Of a stretch of 64,000 nucleotides of DNA, positions 25,267 through 38,191 are shown one piece after another. Origin of the DNA: Podarcis filfolensis (taxonomy: Eukaryota); NCBI GenBank assembly GCA_964270895.1, contig OZ185436.1. One strand, written 5' to 3'. A program made the position numbers and the translations under genes. Under the pieces are notes generated by a model. That model was given only the letters and a program-made list of their open reading frames with translations, had not been told where the DNA came from and did no database searches. Position 1 is the first letter of the stretch, and every line of letters begins with the position of its first letter.

Positions 25267-25434
25267 TTAAAGATCAAGATTCTTGTTAAAGTTTTCCAAG
25301 ACTGTTGAATTTGTGTGTTCAAATATCCACTGCTGTGTCGGAGAGGAAGGATTGCACGTGCTCATGAAGATTTTTCGGTCACTCTCACTACAGTCCATGC
25401 AGCTGCCACTTACTGGGTGGTAAAGAGTCTTGTC
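25267..25434 (-). CDS. GALNT10: GALNT10 exon 12 (terminal coding part; stop TAA at 25269-25267)
   Basis: [55 protein letters not shown]; the 12 exons sum to 1887 nt, 628 aa, with no frameshift. Confidence 0.96.
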   Translation of the reverse strand, partial: DKTLYHPVSGSCMDCSESDRKIFMSTCNPSSPTQQWIFEHTNSTVLENFNKNLDL

Positions 25435-25621
25435 CTAAGGATGAAAATTAGAAATCAGTTTGCTGGACTTGAATATATACCACAGACTTCAGAAAGCAGC
25501 TTAAAAGAAAAATGTATCTGTCATTTTATTACTTATCATCTAACAGCAGCTCTTCTTTAGAAGTAGCATTTCTCCACATTTATTGTACTGTACATTGCTT
25601 TAGCTAAGCAATTTCAAACAA

Positions 25622-25651
25622 AATAAATAAATAAATAAATAAATAAATAAA
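25622..25651. repeat. (TAAA)n microsatellite
   Basis: Read directly; lies in GALNT10 intron 11. Confidence 0.9.
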
Positions 25652-26129
25652 TCTATCTTCACAACTGAAATAAAAAATGAGTACTGAAGAAAATCACTTT
25701 TCCCTTATTCAAATCCAACAGGTTATCCACTAGACCTCACTTGGAATAGTGTTTCGCGCAAGCATATTGTTAACTTATTGTCCTTGTCTTCAACTCTTAC
25801 TTGTATCCAAATCTTTCTGAAGTAGGCACTGGAATGTCTGGGCTACACCTCACTGAACTTCAACACTTCTTCATGTGGCTTAAGAATTCTAGAATTGGGT
25901 TCACTGATATTATGATGAGATCTGAACCCTGAGATTCCTTGGGAAGATGTCTTGCCCTCATGACAACAGTTTACCCAAGCCTGCCTTATGATTCCTTGTT
26001 TTGTATTGTGGAAATTTGTACTTTATAGATACTGCAATTATCATTGCTTTTGAGTATTTCTGCCATCCATGAATATAATCCCAGGTCTTTGTTCCTTTTT
26101 TAAAAAAGGATAAACTTTTCAAAGCCTAT

Positions 26130-26245
26130 GGCCCATCAGTTGTTGTTGCTGGACTCCAATTCCCATCAGCCCCAGCTAGTTTAGCTAAGGGGAGTTTGGT
26201 GAGGGGAGTTCAAGTCCAATATCTGAAGCCCCCCTGTTCCCAAGT
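26130..26245. mobile_element. Degenerate hAT palindromic MITE in GALNT10 intron 11
   Basis: GGACTCCAATTCCCATCAGCCCCAGC ... GGGGAGTTCAAGTCCAATATCTG core shared with the family. Confidence 0.55.
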
Positions 26246-26523
26246 AGAAGAGCAGTATACGAGTGGCATGATAGGAAAAGTTCCTATCATGGAACAATTG
26301 AATAACACTTTATATGGTACACTTACAACAAGCAGGTTTATTTGCTATCTCTGGCAGAGATGTTACTATGCCCTATTGTTCTTTTAATAAAAAGGGGATT
26401 CCACATAACATGTTGTCCCAAACATAGGGACAAAATATTACAATATGAATATTTTTCAAGATATTACAGGTAACCATAATGCAGAAGTAATGGTTTCCAC
26501 ATTCTGAGTAATAACACACTCAC

Positions 26524-26673
26524 TTTCCTGTATTTCCATAGCTGATTCCCCTTCATTCCATGACAGTCATAGAGAGTCACTGGGCTGTTGTGGGAAACAG
26601 CATCAAAACAGAATTTCTTTGTGTGCTGGGGGTCTCCTGGACGGATGTCCTCTCGCCAGCTAAATGTGAACAC
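26524..26673 (-). CDS. GALNT10: GALNT10 exon 11 (150 nt; lectin domain)
   Basis: [50 protein letters not shown]; acceptor tagcag, donor AAA|GTGAGT. Confidence 0.97.
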
Positions 26674-27615
26674 CTGCTAGGACAAACATCAAACCCTCAG
26701 AACAAACGATGAGGACAAAAATCCAGACTTCTTTGTTTTATGCATCCCTGCCCTTCAGTACTACTCTATGTGAAGAACTACCCTCTCCTTTGGACAGGGC
26801 AAGAAATACAGAAATAGAATTGTGGCATTGTTAAGAAACGCAAACACTGAAAAGGAGCTCTACAATGGCAGTTGTGTTTGAACTGGAAGCCTGCAAATGA
26901 CACACCCCCCCCCACGGGCCATTTAATACCAGTTGCCCTGTGGAAAAGAACATCAGTTGCTCAAACGGAGCAGATTGATTTTGGTTTGTTTTAAGTGAGT
27001 GGCTCTTGAAGTATCTATTGTATGTTTATAAATATTGTGAGCCACTTTGAAGACTGTAGTTAAAAAACAGGATATAAATCTGCTAAATAAATAAATAAAT
27101 GGGAAGAAAAGAAATGGAACTAATATAGGGTGCTTTTTAAATTTTATTCAGACCAAGTGAATAAAATGAATCTAACTTAATCAAGCTTATTAATTTCAAT
27201 GAGTCTACTCTGGAGCAAATCCTAGCTGACCATAACCAACAATCTGTCACAGTAATTTCCCTTAGTTGAAACTGACTAGCACTGAAAGATTTAACAACAG
27301 GAAGAAAAATGAGAGACAACAAGATTCACTACAGCAAGAACAGTTCTACAAAATGTGTGGTTATTGGAGCTCTATAGGCTTGTATTCTTTTGGAGGACAG
27401 CAGGAATATCTCTGGAGTTGAAGTACCACCACACCAGTTCAGTAATGAGAAGACATGGAAGCAACTGCTTCATGCTGCTACTGTTAGTACTAATAAAAAA
27501 ACAAAGGAAATCTCTTTATGGAAGAATTAGACCAAAAATATATTCCAACATCCACATTAATTTTTACAACTCAACATAAATTGCATATAAAAGTCCTGCA
27601 GGCCTTTTGGATTTA

Positions 27616-27779
27616 CCATATTTTTCTGTGTATAACACGCCCCTGTGTATAACACAACTCCTATTTTTTGGGACTCCAAATAAAGAAATCCCCCATATGC
27701 ACTATCAGATGACCCCCCCCCCAATTTTAAACTTGAAAAAATAGGGGGGAAATATAGTCATATACACGGAAAAATATGG
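27616..27779. mobile_element. Tc2-like MITE (164 bp)
   Basis: TA|CCATATTTTTCTGTGTATA ... TATACACGGAAAAATATGG|TA inverted ends. Confidence 0.8.
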
Positions 27780-28430
27780 TAAGTTTCAAAGTCAGTTGGT
27801 TTAATTTTCCATTTCCAGGCAACTGAAATGGTAGTCAGCAACTTCTCATTTTACATATTATGTTAGAATAAAGCTGTCACTTCTAGCGTCTTATACATTA
27901 AGAAATGAAAATATTCGGTGAAAATATTCCCTATCCAGTTTAATCTCTCATTAGCATCCACTGGAGTGTTAATTATACCTCCTGCGACACTAAGTGGTCA
28001 CTGGATATAGTAGCAGATTCATTAATATGGTTTTTCAGAAGATACTTAGAAATGATGTCAGTGCATAGTACAGTTGCATGACTAGTGTCTTATTAACCTT
28101 TTCCTGTCTTCCTCCTCTCTAGTCACCTCAGGATTTGGCTCCAGATAATAATGGTTTTCTGCCACAGCACTCATGCACATAATTTAAAGTACTCATCTCC
28201 TGCACCCCAGGTGTGTTTACATACCAAGGCCTTCAGCTTGATAATTAGCATCTGTGTAATATCTAGACCAGCAGATTACATTCTACTCCCCTAGCAAACC
28301 CCCTCTTAGTCTTACATTAGTGAAGATATTGTGGTATTTCAGTAATACAAACTTTGCATAAAATAGTTCTTTCTAAAACTGCCTGCGGAAACAATAAGAA
28401 TGAGGTAATTATAAAAAAGAATGCAAATAC

Positions 28431-28547
28431 CTGCACACTGTTCCAGGCAGCTTCTCCTCTACCTTTCACACAGGCTTCAACCCGTAGTGGGGAACCAAGG
28501 GCTCCATGTTTGGTATCTGCACAGAGGCCGGTTCCTACATTACGGAC
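28431..28547 (-). CDS. GALNT10: GALNT10 exon 10 (117 nt; start of ricin-B lectin domain)
   Basis: VRNVGTGLCADTKHGALGSPLRVEACVKGRGEAAWNSVQ; acceptor ctttcag, donor CAG|GTATTT. Confidence 0.97.
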
Positions 28548-28620
28548 CTGAAAGATTAAGTTGCTGATTAGCTTTGCATCTAACTTCTTGACATAGAGGC
28601 AGTCAAGGAAACTGAAGTAC

Positions 28621-28890
28621 AGGTAAAAGGTAAAGGTAAAGGACCCCTGGACGGTTAAGTCCAGTCAAAGGCAACTATGGGATGTGTCACTCATCTCGCT
28701 TCAGGCTGAATGAGCCGATGTTTGTCCACAGACAGCTTTTCGAGTCATGTGGTCAGCATGACTAAACCGCTTCTGGTGCAACGGAACACCGTAATGGAAG
28801 CCAGAGCGCACAGAAATGCCATTTACCTTCCCGCTGCAACGGTACCTATTTATCTACTTGCACTGGTGTGCTTTTGAACTGCTGGGTTGG
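28621..28890 (-). mobile_element. Sauria SINE (Squam1-type), 5'-truncated, GALNT10 intron 9
   Basis: (ACCTTT)n tail on minus; body CCAACCCAGCAGTTCAAAAGCACACCAGTGCAAGTAGATAAATAGGTACCG...GACTGGACTTAACCGTCCAGGGGTCC matches the Sauria SINE as recalled. Confidence 0.88.
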
Positions 28891-29594
28891 TCCCCTGCTT
28901 ACACAGGGGCTACATTCTGAGGCACTGCGCATGTCACTGAAATTGCGTATAATAGAAATGCACTGAAAAAGCCTGCAAACACCCCATTCTGCCCTTTTAG
29001 TGACATTTCAGTGATGTCTTTATGATATTTCCAGGTCACTTCTGGGTTTGGTGCGATGTGCATATACATTGTCACACACATATTAAATGTGCGTAAACAG
29101 GGGGCTGAAATACAGGCAGTCCCTATGCTATCCCATAACAAACACTGGCATAAATGCAAAGACACAAGACAATATGATTTCTATATATGTATGTGTGTGG
29201 ATGTGACAAGAATTCTCAAGAACTGAGAAGCCAAGAAAAGGGATCTAGAAGATTCTGCTCTGTGTCTCAAAGGAAAAGAAGCAGCATGTTGAATACACAT
29301 CTGAGCTTGAGAGCCATTTAACAAGTGGCTTCAGTGGAGAATTGTGAAGGCAGTGATATTAAAAAAGAAATGATCAAAGCCTTGGATTTACTACCCATTC
29401 TTAGGTCAGGGTTAAACCTGATAATGGGCTGTCAGAGCATGTAAATCTTAAGGAGCAAACATACCTCAGAAGTTCAGTGTGTACTGTTTTCAATAGTTTT
29501 AGTAAAGTTAGGCTTTCTGCTAATGGATTCTGAAGTGTATTGAAAACAACCTTTTCTAGCCATATTCATATACATTTACTAAATTCCTGCATGA

Positions 29595-29722
29595 CAGGGA
29601 TATGGAAACTGGTGTTGTTAGATCACCCCTCCCATCATACATGACCATTGGCTCTGTTGGCTGGCACTTATGGGAGTTGGAAGTCCAGCAACTTTGGGAA
29701 GGCCTCAGGTTTCCCATCCCTT
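29595..29722. mobile_element. Degenerate hAT palindromic MITE in GALNT10 intron 9
   Basis: CAGGGATATGGAAAC ... GTTTCCCATCCCT ends; CTCCCATCA / TGGGAGTTGGAAGTCC core. Confidence 0.65.
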
Positions 29723-29888
29723 CTGTAAAGTTCTGCACTATCAAGTATGTATAGAAGTAAACATGCACAACAATTTCACTTAAAGATGGACTCAGCGGGT
29801 ACTGGAAATTCTGTGGTTTGATCTGCAACCATACACCATAGCATGGCTGGGACTTCTTGATACAGCTGAATTTCTTGAATAAACCAAC

Positions 29889-30110
29889 CTCTCCCCAGGC
29901 AGCTGCTGGAGGCTCCACTGGTGGATAGAACTTTTGCAAGTCCCAAGCAACTTCATTCATGAACCACTTGAAACTTTTGCAGTTGAGATTACTGCGAAGT
30001 TCTTTCTGAGCAGTCACATCTCCTGCAGACAGATGCCGATATTCAGGTCTCCTCTGGTAAATGTACTCTGCATATTCATCCATCCACACCTCAGCAACAC
30101 GCTTCAGGTT
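29889..30110 (-). CDS. GALNT10: GALNT10 exon 9 (222 nt; end of catalytic domain and linker)
   Basis: [74 protein letters not shown]; acceptor tgtag, donor GAG|GTTGGT. Confidence 0.97.
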
Positions 30111-30927
30111 CTACATAGGTGACAATATATTTGAAATGAAGAATTGAAAATAAGCATATCCATAAATTTGAATTATACAGGATGCACATATGAGAGATTA
30201 ATTAGCTGCCTTACATGGAGGCACGCATAAAGGGCTTTATGGACTTCAAAATACTACATTAATAAGTCTAAACCCAAGCAGATGGTACAGTAAGACGACT
30301 GCTCTTCCAAGGAGTCAGACAACCAGAACATTCTATAAAGGGTGAATTAAACTGGGCCCTGAGCATCTACTGTATTTCATCAAAAAGAACTTTAAAAATA
30401 ATTGTGTTCTTTAGGTAGTTAGTTGTGACTGAGGGAGAGAGAAGTCTTTTCAGACATGTTTCTTCTTCTTCTGTTACTGTCTTTTCCCACCAGAGGGAGT
30501 ATCTACCCTTCTTTAAAATACATACCTCTGAATACCAAATAAAAGCACTCGTCTTTGCATATGAAAATTCACCAACGTGAGAGGACAAATTCACTCATGT
30601 GAGAGGACAAACTTTTAATTTCTGGGTAGTAACACTGAGGATCCTCATGTGTACATATTTTAAATTATCCTGAAGAATATATTAATGTGAATCAACCTGA
30701 TTTCAGATGTTCTGCCAGTTTAAAGGAATCATCCTATTATTGACACATTTGCCCTTCACTGGGGGGATGATGTTTGTCATGCTAATGGGTTTTTAATACA
30801 AAGAAAGCTAAAGATAAAGGATAATATCAAAATGTGGCAGCCAGCTCAACCAACAGCCATTGTTATACGTAGCCTTGTTCAGTTCTTAATCTAGTGCAGC
30901 AACCTAATCCAATGAGTATCTCACAAC

Positions 30928-31114
30928 AGGAACAAAGGAAACTACCTTATACTGACTCAAAGTACTGATCTATCTAGCTCAGTATTGTCTACAATGACTG
31001 GCAACTGGTTACTAGGGTTTCAGACAGGGAGTTTTTCCCAGCTCTAGCTGGAGGTGCCAGGGACCTTCTGTATGAAAAGCAGATGCTCTACCAGAGAGCT
31101 GTGGCCCTTCCCCC
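30928..31114 (-). mobile_element. Squam3-like tRNA-derived SINE
   Basis: Minus strand GGGGGAAGGGCCACAGCTCTCTGGTAGAGCATCTGCTTTT ... ACAATACTGAGCTAGATAGATC ... TATAAGGTAGTTTCC. Confidence 0.75.
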
Positions 31115-31163
31115 AGAATATTTACCTATTTCTGTCTGGTTTTGAAATGGGACCTTCAGTGTA

Positions 31164-31389
31164 CAGTGGTACCTCGGGTTACATACGCTTCAGGTTACAG
31201 ACTCTGCTAACCCAGAAATAGTGCTTCAGGTTAAGAACTTTGCTTCAGGTTGAGAACAGAAATTGTGCTCCAGCGGCAGGGCGGCAGCAGGAGGCCCCAT
31301 TGGCTAAAGTGGTGCTTCAGGTTAAGAACAGTTTCAGGTTAAGTACGGACCTCCGGAATGAATTAAGTACTTAACCCGAGGTACCACTG
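31164..31389. mobile_element. Tigger/pogo-like MITE, copy 1 (226 bp, GALNT10 intron 8)
   Basis: TA|CAGTGGTACCTCGGGTTA ... TAACCCGAGGTACCACTG|TA; internal CTTCAGGTTAAGAAC repeats. Confidence 0.9.
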
Positions 31390-31626
31390 TATTAGGCAAA
31401 TGTGACAACCTCTACACTACAGAAACCATTTGTTAAAAATGTAGTGCAACCCTTAGAGAGTTTGTGAGAGTTCAGCTTGTGTGCTATCATTTGCTTGCAA
31501 AACAATGTCAACTCCCAAACTTCTTGCACTAATGCTAAAAAATGCATCTCACCCGCTATCTTTTTAGAAGATTGCATCTTGACTGAATACAAGGAACAAA
31601 GGAAATTTAGCAAGACAGGCTCTTAC

Positions 31627-31734
31627 TCTTGCCAAGCTGACTCCTGAAGGAACTTTGTAAGGAACGTATTTTCTGTAGATATGACCAACACGGGAACAAG
31701 GAATATCTTCCATACGACCCCCACACATCCATAC
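31627..31734 (-). CDS. GALNT10: GALNT10 exon 8 (108 nt)
   Basis: [36 protein letters not shown]; acceptor tgacag, donor AGA|GTAAGA. Confidence 0.97.
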
Positions 31735-32328
31735 CTGTCAGATGCCAGAGAGAGTAAGCACAGATCAGAATTTTCTGAATATGATGGAAATCAAAGCTTT
31801 TTCAAAGTCATATCAAGTAGTAAGTTTGTTACCTTAGTAAACTATTTTTAAAACATCATAAGTGCATTCAGACCTCATGTTATTCAAGCTTTTAAAGTTG
31901 TGCATCTTTGAAACTATGTCACCACTGTGACATAAAAATACCACCAGACCCAACACCAAGAAATGAACCTAGCATGAATCAAAAGCAGTATGTAGCTTAG
32001 GTAGTTCAAAGAATTCTGAAAGTTAATGCACATGTAAACACATGACTACTAAAGTTGAATACTTTTGTAGATTCTTATGTAGTGTTATTATGAAACAATC
32101 TCAGAGTTATCTGCAGAAAGTTAAAGATTTTAGGTCACACATCAACACCTTACTTGCTATTTTGTAACTCTACTACAATGGCAACATGCCCTTCCACTGC
32201 TGCTTTTGCAGAAATACATATGCTGATGTATTCCTGAAATTAGCAAAAGTGCATAACTATTTTTAAAAAATGGAGCAACAATTAATTAAATGCTACTTGA
32301 AGAATTATGGCTCTATTTATGTCCAAGT

Positions 32329-32380
32329 AAGGTCACGAAGAGTCAGACACGACTAACCGACTAAACAACAACAAAGGTCA
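32329..32380 (+). mobile_element. BovB/RTE 3' stub with (CAA)n tail and 7-bp TSD
   Basis: GGTCACGAAGAGTCAGACACGACTAACCGACTAAACAACAACAA flanked by AAGGTCA at 32329-32335 and 32374-32380. Confidence 0.75.
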
Positions 32381-32894
32381 ACAAAATTATTTTCTCTTCA
32401 AGAAGCATTGAATCTGTGCCAACATTCTCTAGGAACTTTCCTTGATACCTAGATTAAATATGGATATAAGTTTTGCCAGTCTAGGTAATTGAAACAGATG
32501 TAGTGTTGAGTGCATACATTCCAGTAGGCTTAATGAATTTAAGTTCTTTGACTAATAATGTACATAATCTGTATTAAAGTACCATGCCCATTTATTAACA
32601 GACTGGCTCTGAAATGTCTTAAAAAGGATTGTCTGGCTAGGTTTGCTAAGGTAAACATTTTAATGGTCCAACAAAGGTTTCATTAAAACATTTTCCAGCT
32701 TTTATTCTGTAGAGGAAACTAAATATTAAGCAGTCTTTGACTTGCCTGTCAAATATGAATTCAACAGCGGTGAGAATGTACTGCTCACCATTGGTTTTGA
32801 TAAGTGACAACCCTGAATCAATTCTTGAATTCAAAAAGAGCAGTTTCCAGATGGGCAGTTTCATTAATGGATACAAGGAATGGGGAAGAAATTG

Positions 32895-33410
32895 GTATTG
32901 TTAGCATTGTAATGTGAACCTACCTCATTCACATTTACTGAGCAAATATGCAAATTGAAATGCAGCTATCCTTCAAAATGTTTGAATTTTTGGATGCAGT
33001 TCCCAAACTTAAAGATATGTATAAAAATATGTGCATTAGTGGGAGGTGTACACATGAATGGAAATAAAGTTTAAAATGCATTATATTAGACAATTACTTA
33101 TGTTAGACAAAATTGTATTAAAATGTTTATATTAGGAGAAATGCAAGTGAAAATGCTTGCCTATTTCCATGTAGGATTTTCCAAAATGTTTATGAAACAA
33201 TGTGAAAATGGTACAAAAGAAGATTTAAGATAAGAAATATGAAGAACTGAGAGGAACTGAAACTGACTAATTAGTCCATTCTTAATGGATACACTGGGTG
33301 GTAATCAATTAAATTTTACTCAGCATAAATCTACTGAAAATAATGAACATGAATAAGTTGCTCTATTAATTTAAATCGGTCTACTCAGAGTAAAAATTAG
33401 TTGAATATTA
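32895..33410. mobile_element. Degenerate non-autonomous DNA-transposon-like repeats (two adjacent)
   Basis: AT-rich AAAATGCATTATATTAG-type subrepeats ending GTCCATTCTTA, followed by an imperfect palindrome TTTTACTCAG...GGTCTACTCAGAGTAAAA. Confidence 0.4.
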
Positions 33411-36400
33411 TTATTTTAATTTATTACCACCCCTTCGCCCTAAGGTTCCAGCGGGGATTGCAACAGTTACAACAATGTTTAGGGGCATGATTTTGGGTAG
33501 CTGAGGGCAACGTGAATATACTAGCTCCACCCAGGGTAGGAGTGTGTTTAGCTATGTTAGTTGAGAACATAATCAGCCTGAGAGATTGATGCTTTTCATC
33601 TGAGCCTAAGCCTCCTTCTAGCAAGAAATGCTTGGATGGCAAAGGATCTTCAAAAGCAACTGGGGGAAAGCATTTCCCCCATGAACTTCACAGTGTGGCC
33701 ATAATTGTCTCACAGCTACAAGAACACTTCCAAACAAAGAAATTAGATCAACAGAGGACAGGCTAAAATTAAAATACAACAGGTGATATACATCTAAGTT
33801 ATACTCAGAATAGGCACACTGAAATCAATAGACAGTAACTTTAAATGGGCCTATTCTGATCCTGACTAAAACTGAATAGCACCCAATATGTAAAAGCCCA
33901 AAACATCTAAGAAGATGGAACCAGTGTTGTCTGACTTACATAGCATTTCAGAAAACTATTTTCATTATGGATTAACACATTCCATTAATATTAAAAAATA
34001 CAACTTCTGATTACACAATCCACTTGTCCACTGGTTTATGAGTTCCTGTCAATCTGCTGTAGATATCCTTCCCTCACACTTACCCAGCTCAGCTGCTTTT
34101 AAAAACACTCATGTTTTCAACTGATAATGTGCTACTCGAACACAAATCTAATTTCAAAAGCAGACATCCTATTCATTTTCATTGCTGCTTTGATTCATTT
34201 TATTAGCAATCCCTTTGTGTGATGACAGAATTCATTACAACCTGCATAAAGAAAACTATCATTCTCATCTGTAAAAAGAGAGATTGGTAGAAAGAGAGCC
34301 TTATACACTAGAAGGAAAAAAGAAGGTAAGAATTAAAAAGGTAGCACTGAAATTAAAAATAGCAAGTGTCTATCAAGCAGCTGTTCTTGGTAGAAAACAG
34401 TAGCTACTAGCACAGATAAGATACTCCTGATTTTATGTATGTTAGGCAGCACAAAGCTCATTGTTGCCTCTTAAACAATGCCAATATTTGTCCATCTGCA
34501 TTCAATAACAGGATTGCACTGTTTATGCCTTGCCATCACCCTGTCGCTTGTTTTATTTTACAAGAAAGGAGATCAGACTGGCCATACCAAGACTATCTGC
34601 TATTATGAGGAAAGTCAATGTTGTGTAGTGGTTAGGGTGTAGGGTATAATAAAAAATTATAAACCAAAGCATATATATTATTGTGCTACAGATTACATAC
34701 TTCTTAAACTTCCACCCTCCCAAACTAGTTAAAAGCTACCTAAATTCCTATCTGTGTAGCTACTGATCCCAAGCAGAGGCCTATATAAACAAAATCTATT
34801 CAACACTGTTCATAGTACAAAGCACAAAAAAGCTAGCTTTATATAAAAATCACAAGGAACAGCTCTGACAGGGGAGAAATAAAATATCATGAGAAGTAAT
34901 AACTAGCATTAATCAGTGATATACAATAACTCTGTAGAAAACACAGCACTAAAAATGTAATCCAGTGCAAACATATTATAAGCAGCGAGAGAAATCTGAA
35001 AAGGAAGGCTCTTCTGTTTTTAAGTCTTCCAGAGAACAGAAACTCTGTTTCTAAGTCTTCCAGAGAGCATAAACATGTAAAGAAGTTACATGTATACATG
35101 CATTTTAATCAGCATCATCATAATTTTATTTGTATTCTTCCTTTCCATATTTTAAAACCATGTCATGTCTAGTTTGTCCCTTGAAGACAGTGAATAGCTA
35201 AGAAGGAAGCAGGACGGCTGTAGAATCCCCTAAGACTTCACATCCAAAGACAAAATAGGGAAACCATCAGAGAAGTTGGATAGAGATTCCATGTCACTAT
35301 GTTACAACCAGCAATCTGATCAAGAATAAGCAGAGAATCAGAGATCTGCATCAAATCTCAAAATATAGCTGTCATTCCAAGCTTGATGGGTATCCTCATT
35401 GAACTATGAGTCTGTCTATACTTAAATGCCTATTTTATTCAATGTAAACATTTGCTCTAGAGGACAGGCTATATTTACACTACCTAATAGTCCTTAAAAA
35501 TAATCTTGCAAAGAGAAATTTCTTTTGGGTGAAAATTAAACACTTGGAAACATTTTTATAGTAATTCAACTAATTCCCATCAAAAGCAATACAAATTGTA
35601 CATTTCTAAAATCTACCTGAAGAAAACTGGCCTCACTTGCAACCAGCACAAGGTAAAAGCTCCTTAACCGCTGACTGCATAGGACTACTTCATCCTCATC
35701 CAGAGCAGGCTATCAAAAAACTTTCAAGATACAGGAATCTTTTTGGAGAAGCAGGTCCTTCCTATAAGCTACATAAGACAAGAGACAATTAGGTTCCCTA
35801 ATGTCACGCAAACATGCTCCAGTGAGTATATAAAGGAATTTCCCTACATTAAAAGAAATGAAGTGATAAGTGCAGTAATTAACACTATCCTTTGTTATCT
35901 CCTAGAATTGCTGGGAATTGATAATTTCCCTTTTCTTACACAGTTCCCCAAGTAATAATTCCCTAGCAATAATCTGGAATAGATTAATGAAGGGAGGCAG
36001 GAAAGTTGGTTAAAAATGGGTTGAAAATTTGGTCTTTGAAACATAACATTTCCCATTTATTTTACTTGGAAGAAGTGCTAGGTGGATTCTTTGTGCTCCT
36101 TCGGAGGCAGGATCTCAGCATCTTTTTATGTTTAAACAGATGCAGTTGTGAAATTGAATATGAAGTTTCATAGCTGTTAGGCCTCAAAAACCCTGTGTTC
36201 TTGTTGCTAATGAACAAATCTTTTATTCTTATTACTTTATCAGAATTTCTATCAGCCACAGATGAAAGCATCAATCTATCATAACTCCTGAAAACACACC
36301 ATTTCAGTGAAACATCTTTTTCTGTCGAACAATACAAAGAAAGGAGGACTTCTGCTGGGATTTAATTAGAGTGAATTTAACCCACCATAAATTATCATCC

Positions 36401-37732
36401 TTGGCCTGAAATAAAACTCTGCAATACAGTGTGCAAGTAGGCAGATGAATGAAGTATTATTATTTCCTGCAGATCAAATAGTGTCTGCTCCAGCATTTCA
36501 AAGACAAAGAGCTTGCAGAGTCACTGTCATCACTCTTGGAAACTACTGTTTTTGAAAATGTCCGAATTGGAAGAGATGAATGCTGCTTTTACCATCTCCT
36601 GCAGAGAATTACATTATTACACTATTTCTTTACACACACTAGTAAAAGGGATGAATGGAACCAACTGTAAAGAAATCTCACAGAGGAAATAAGAAACCTT
36701 CAATATGTCTTTATCACTTAGCTTTTTGTAGTTAAACAATGAGATGAAAATGTTGTTTGCTGCATGTTAATTGTCAAATTAATGTAGTTTGATGGCTTTT
36801 TGCATCACAGTTCAGATTTGAAAAACTACTTGGAGTGAGCAGAAAAAAGAAATATAATAATCAGGGAAGGGCTGTTGGCAAGACAAAATTATCCCCTGTG
36901 ATCTTTGCAAGTTGGTTGGATTCATGCTGATGCAGTGGGGCTTATTCACTTGGATGCAGGACCTACTAGAATGACTATGTATTAAAAAAAAAATCAGAAA
37001 TAATTGCAAACACAAGGCAAAACTAAAGCTAAAACACAAAAGCATTGGAGAATAAAGACATTAAAAATATTTGCTAACCACAGTACCCAAGCTGTTTATT
37101 AATCTAATGTTTGCCTTTCAATCACCAGAAGTACTGCTGAAGACCTCAGTTGTATTTATTCTACTTAACAAATTCTAGTAAGTAAACTCATAGCTCAGAC
37201 AGGTCAATGAACAAGCTGATCCATGAGTAGCTAGCTTCTTAATTTGATGAGGTGGCCACATGAATTTATTCATTTGTTCCAGCTTATGACAATACAGTGT
37301 TCTATGTACAGAAGACTATAGTAGCAAGCCATTTTGTTTCATGACACTTACAAAAATAATATTCTATTCATTCATTATGCTCCTGCTTCCTTGGCTTACT
37401 ATTGGCTACGTAACCAGCTTAGCAGAAACTGATTGCCTTTCAGTTTGTCTATAAAAAAAAAATCAATCATTCAAATATTCACTTCTCATATTACAGATCA
37501 GATATCATTTAGCAGTTAGCATGTAACCTCACAGAGGCTTTCGATTCTTAGCCATATTTTTGGGTTATTACAGTAAAATGTTCTTTTCAAGAAATGTTGA
37601 AGAAATCCTTTCAACAGTTTTATTTTATAAACACACAGAAAAACAAAGACTGCAAACTGGTGCTTCATGTCTATAAAGTACTTCATTATTCAGCATTTTT
37701 TCAAATAAAAGTTTTCAGGGAACATAACTCAC

Positions 37733-37850
37733 CTTAAATGATATTTCATACTGTTCTCCACCCCATATTTCCAGGCCTGCATCATATCCTCCCAGCTCCC
37801 AGAACCACTTTCTATCGACTGCAAACAGTCCTCCAGCCATTACAGGAGAT
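37733..37850 (-). CDS. GALNT10: GALNT10 exon 7 (118 nt; Gal/GalNAc-T motif)
   Basis: [39 protein letters not shown]; acceptor cccttaag, donor AAG|GTGAGT. Confidence 0.97.
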
Positions 37851-38191
37851 CTTAAGGGGGGAAAAATCCTTCACATTACAAAACCTATCATTATAGTTAT
37901 GTCACCATTACATCCATATATCAATAAATTACATTCCTGAAATCACATTTCATACTTTAGAATTTTTTCTACTGCTCCACCTTAATATTTTTAATCTATG
38001 TGATGTTGTTGCACAGTATATCTTTAAACTATGAAACCAGGAGAACTTGGCAGTTTCCTTCAGAATGAATTAACGAGACCTCGAATAGTGGAAGGTGTCA
38101 ATCTGTGTGGGAATACAGCCCACATTATCTAACAAAGACCCAATGTTGTACCTTTTAACATTCTTCCTCTCCTTAATTGGTCTAGGCAGCA

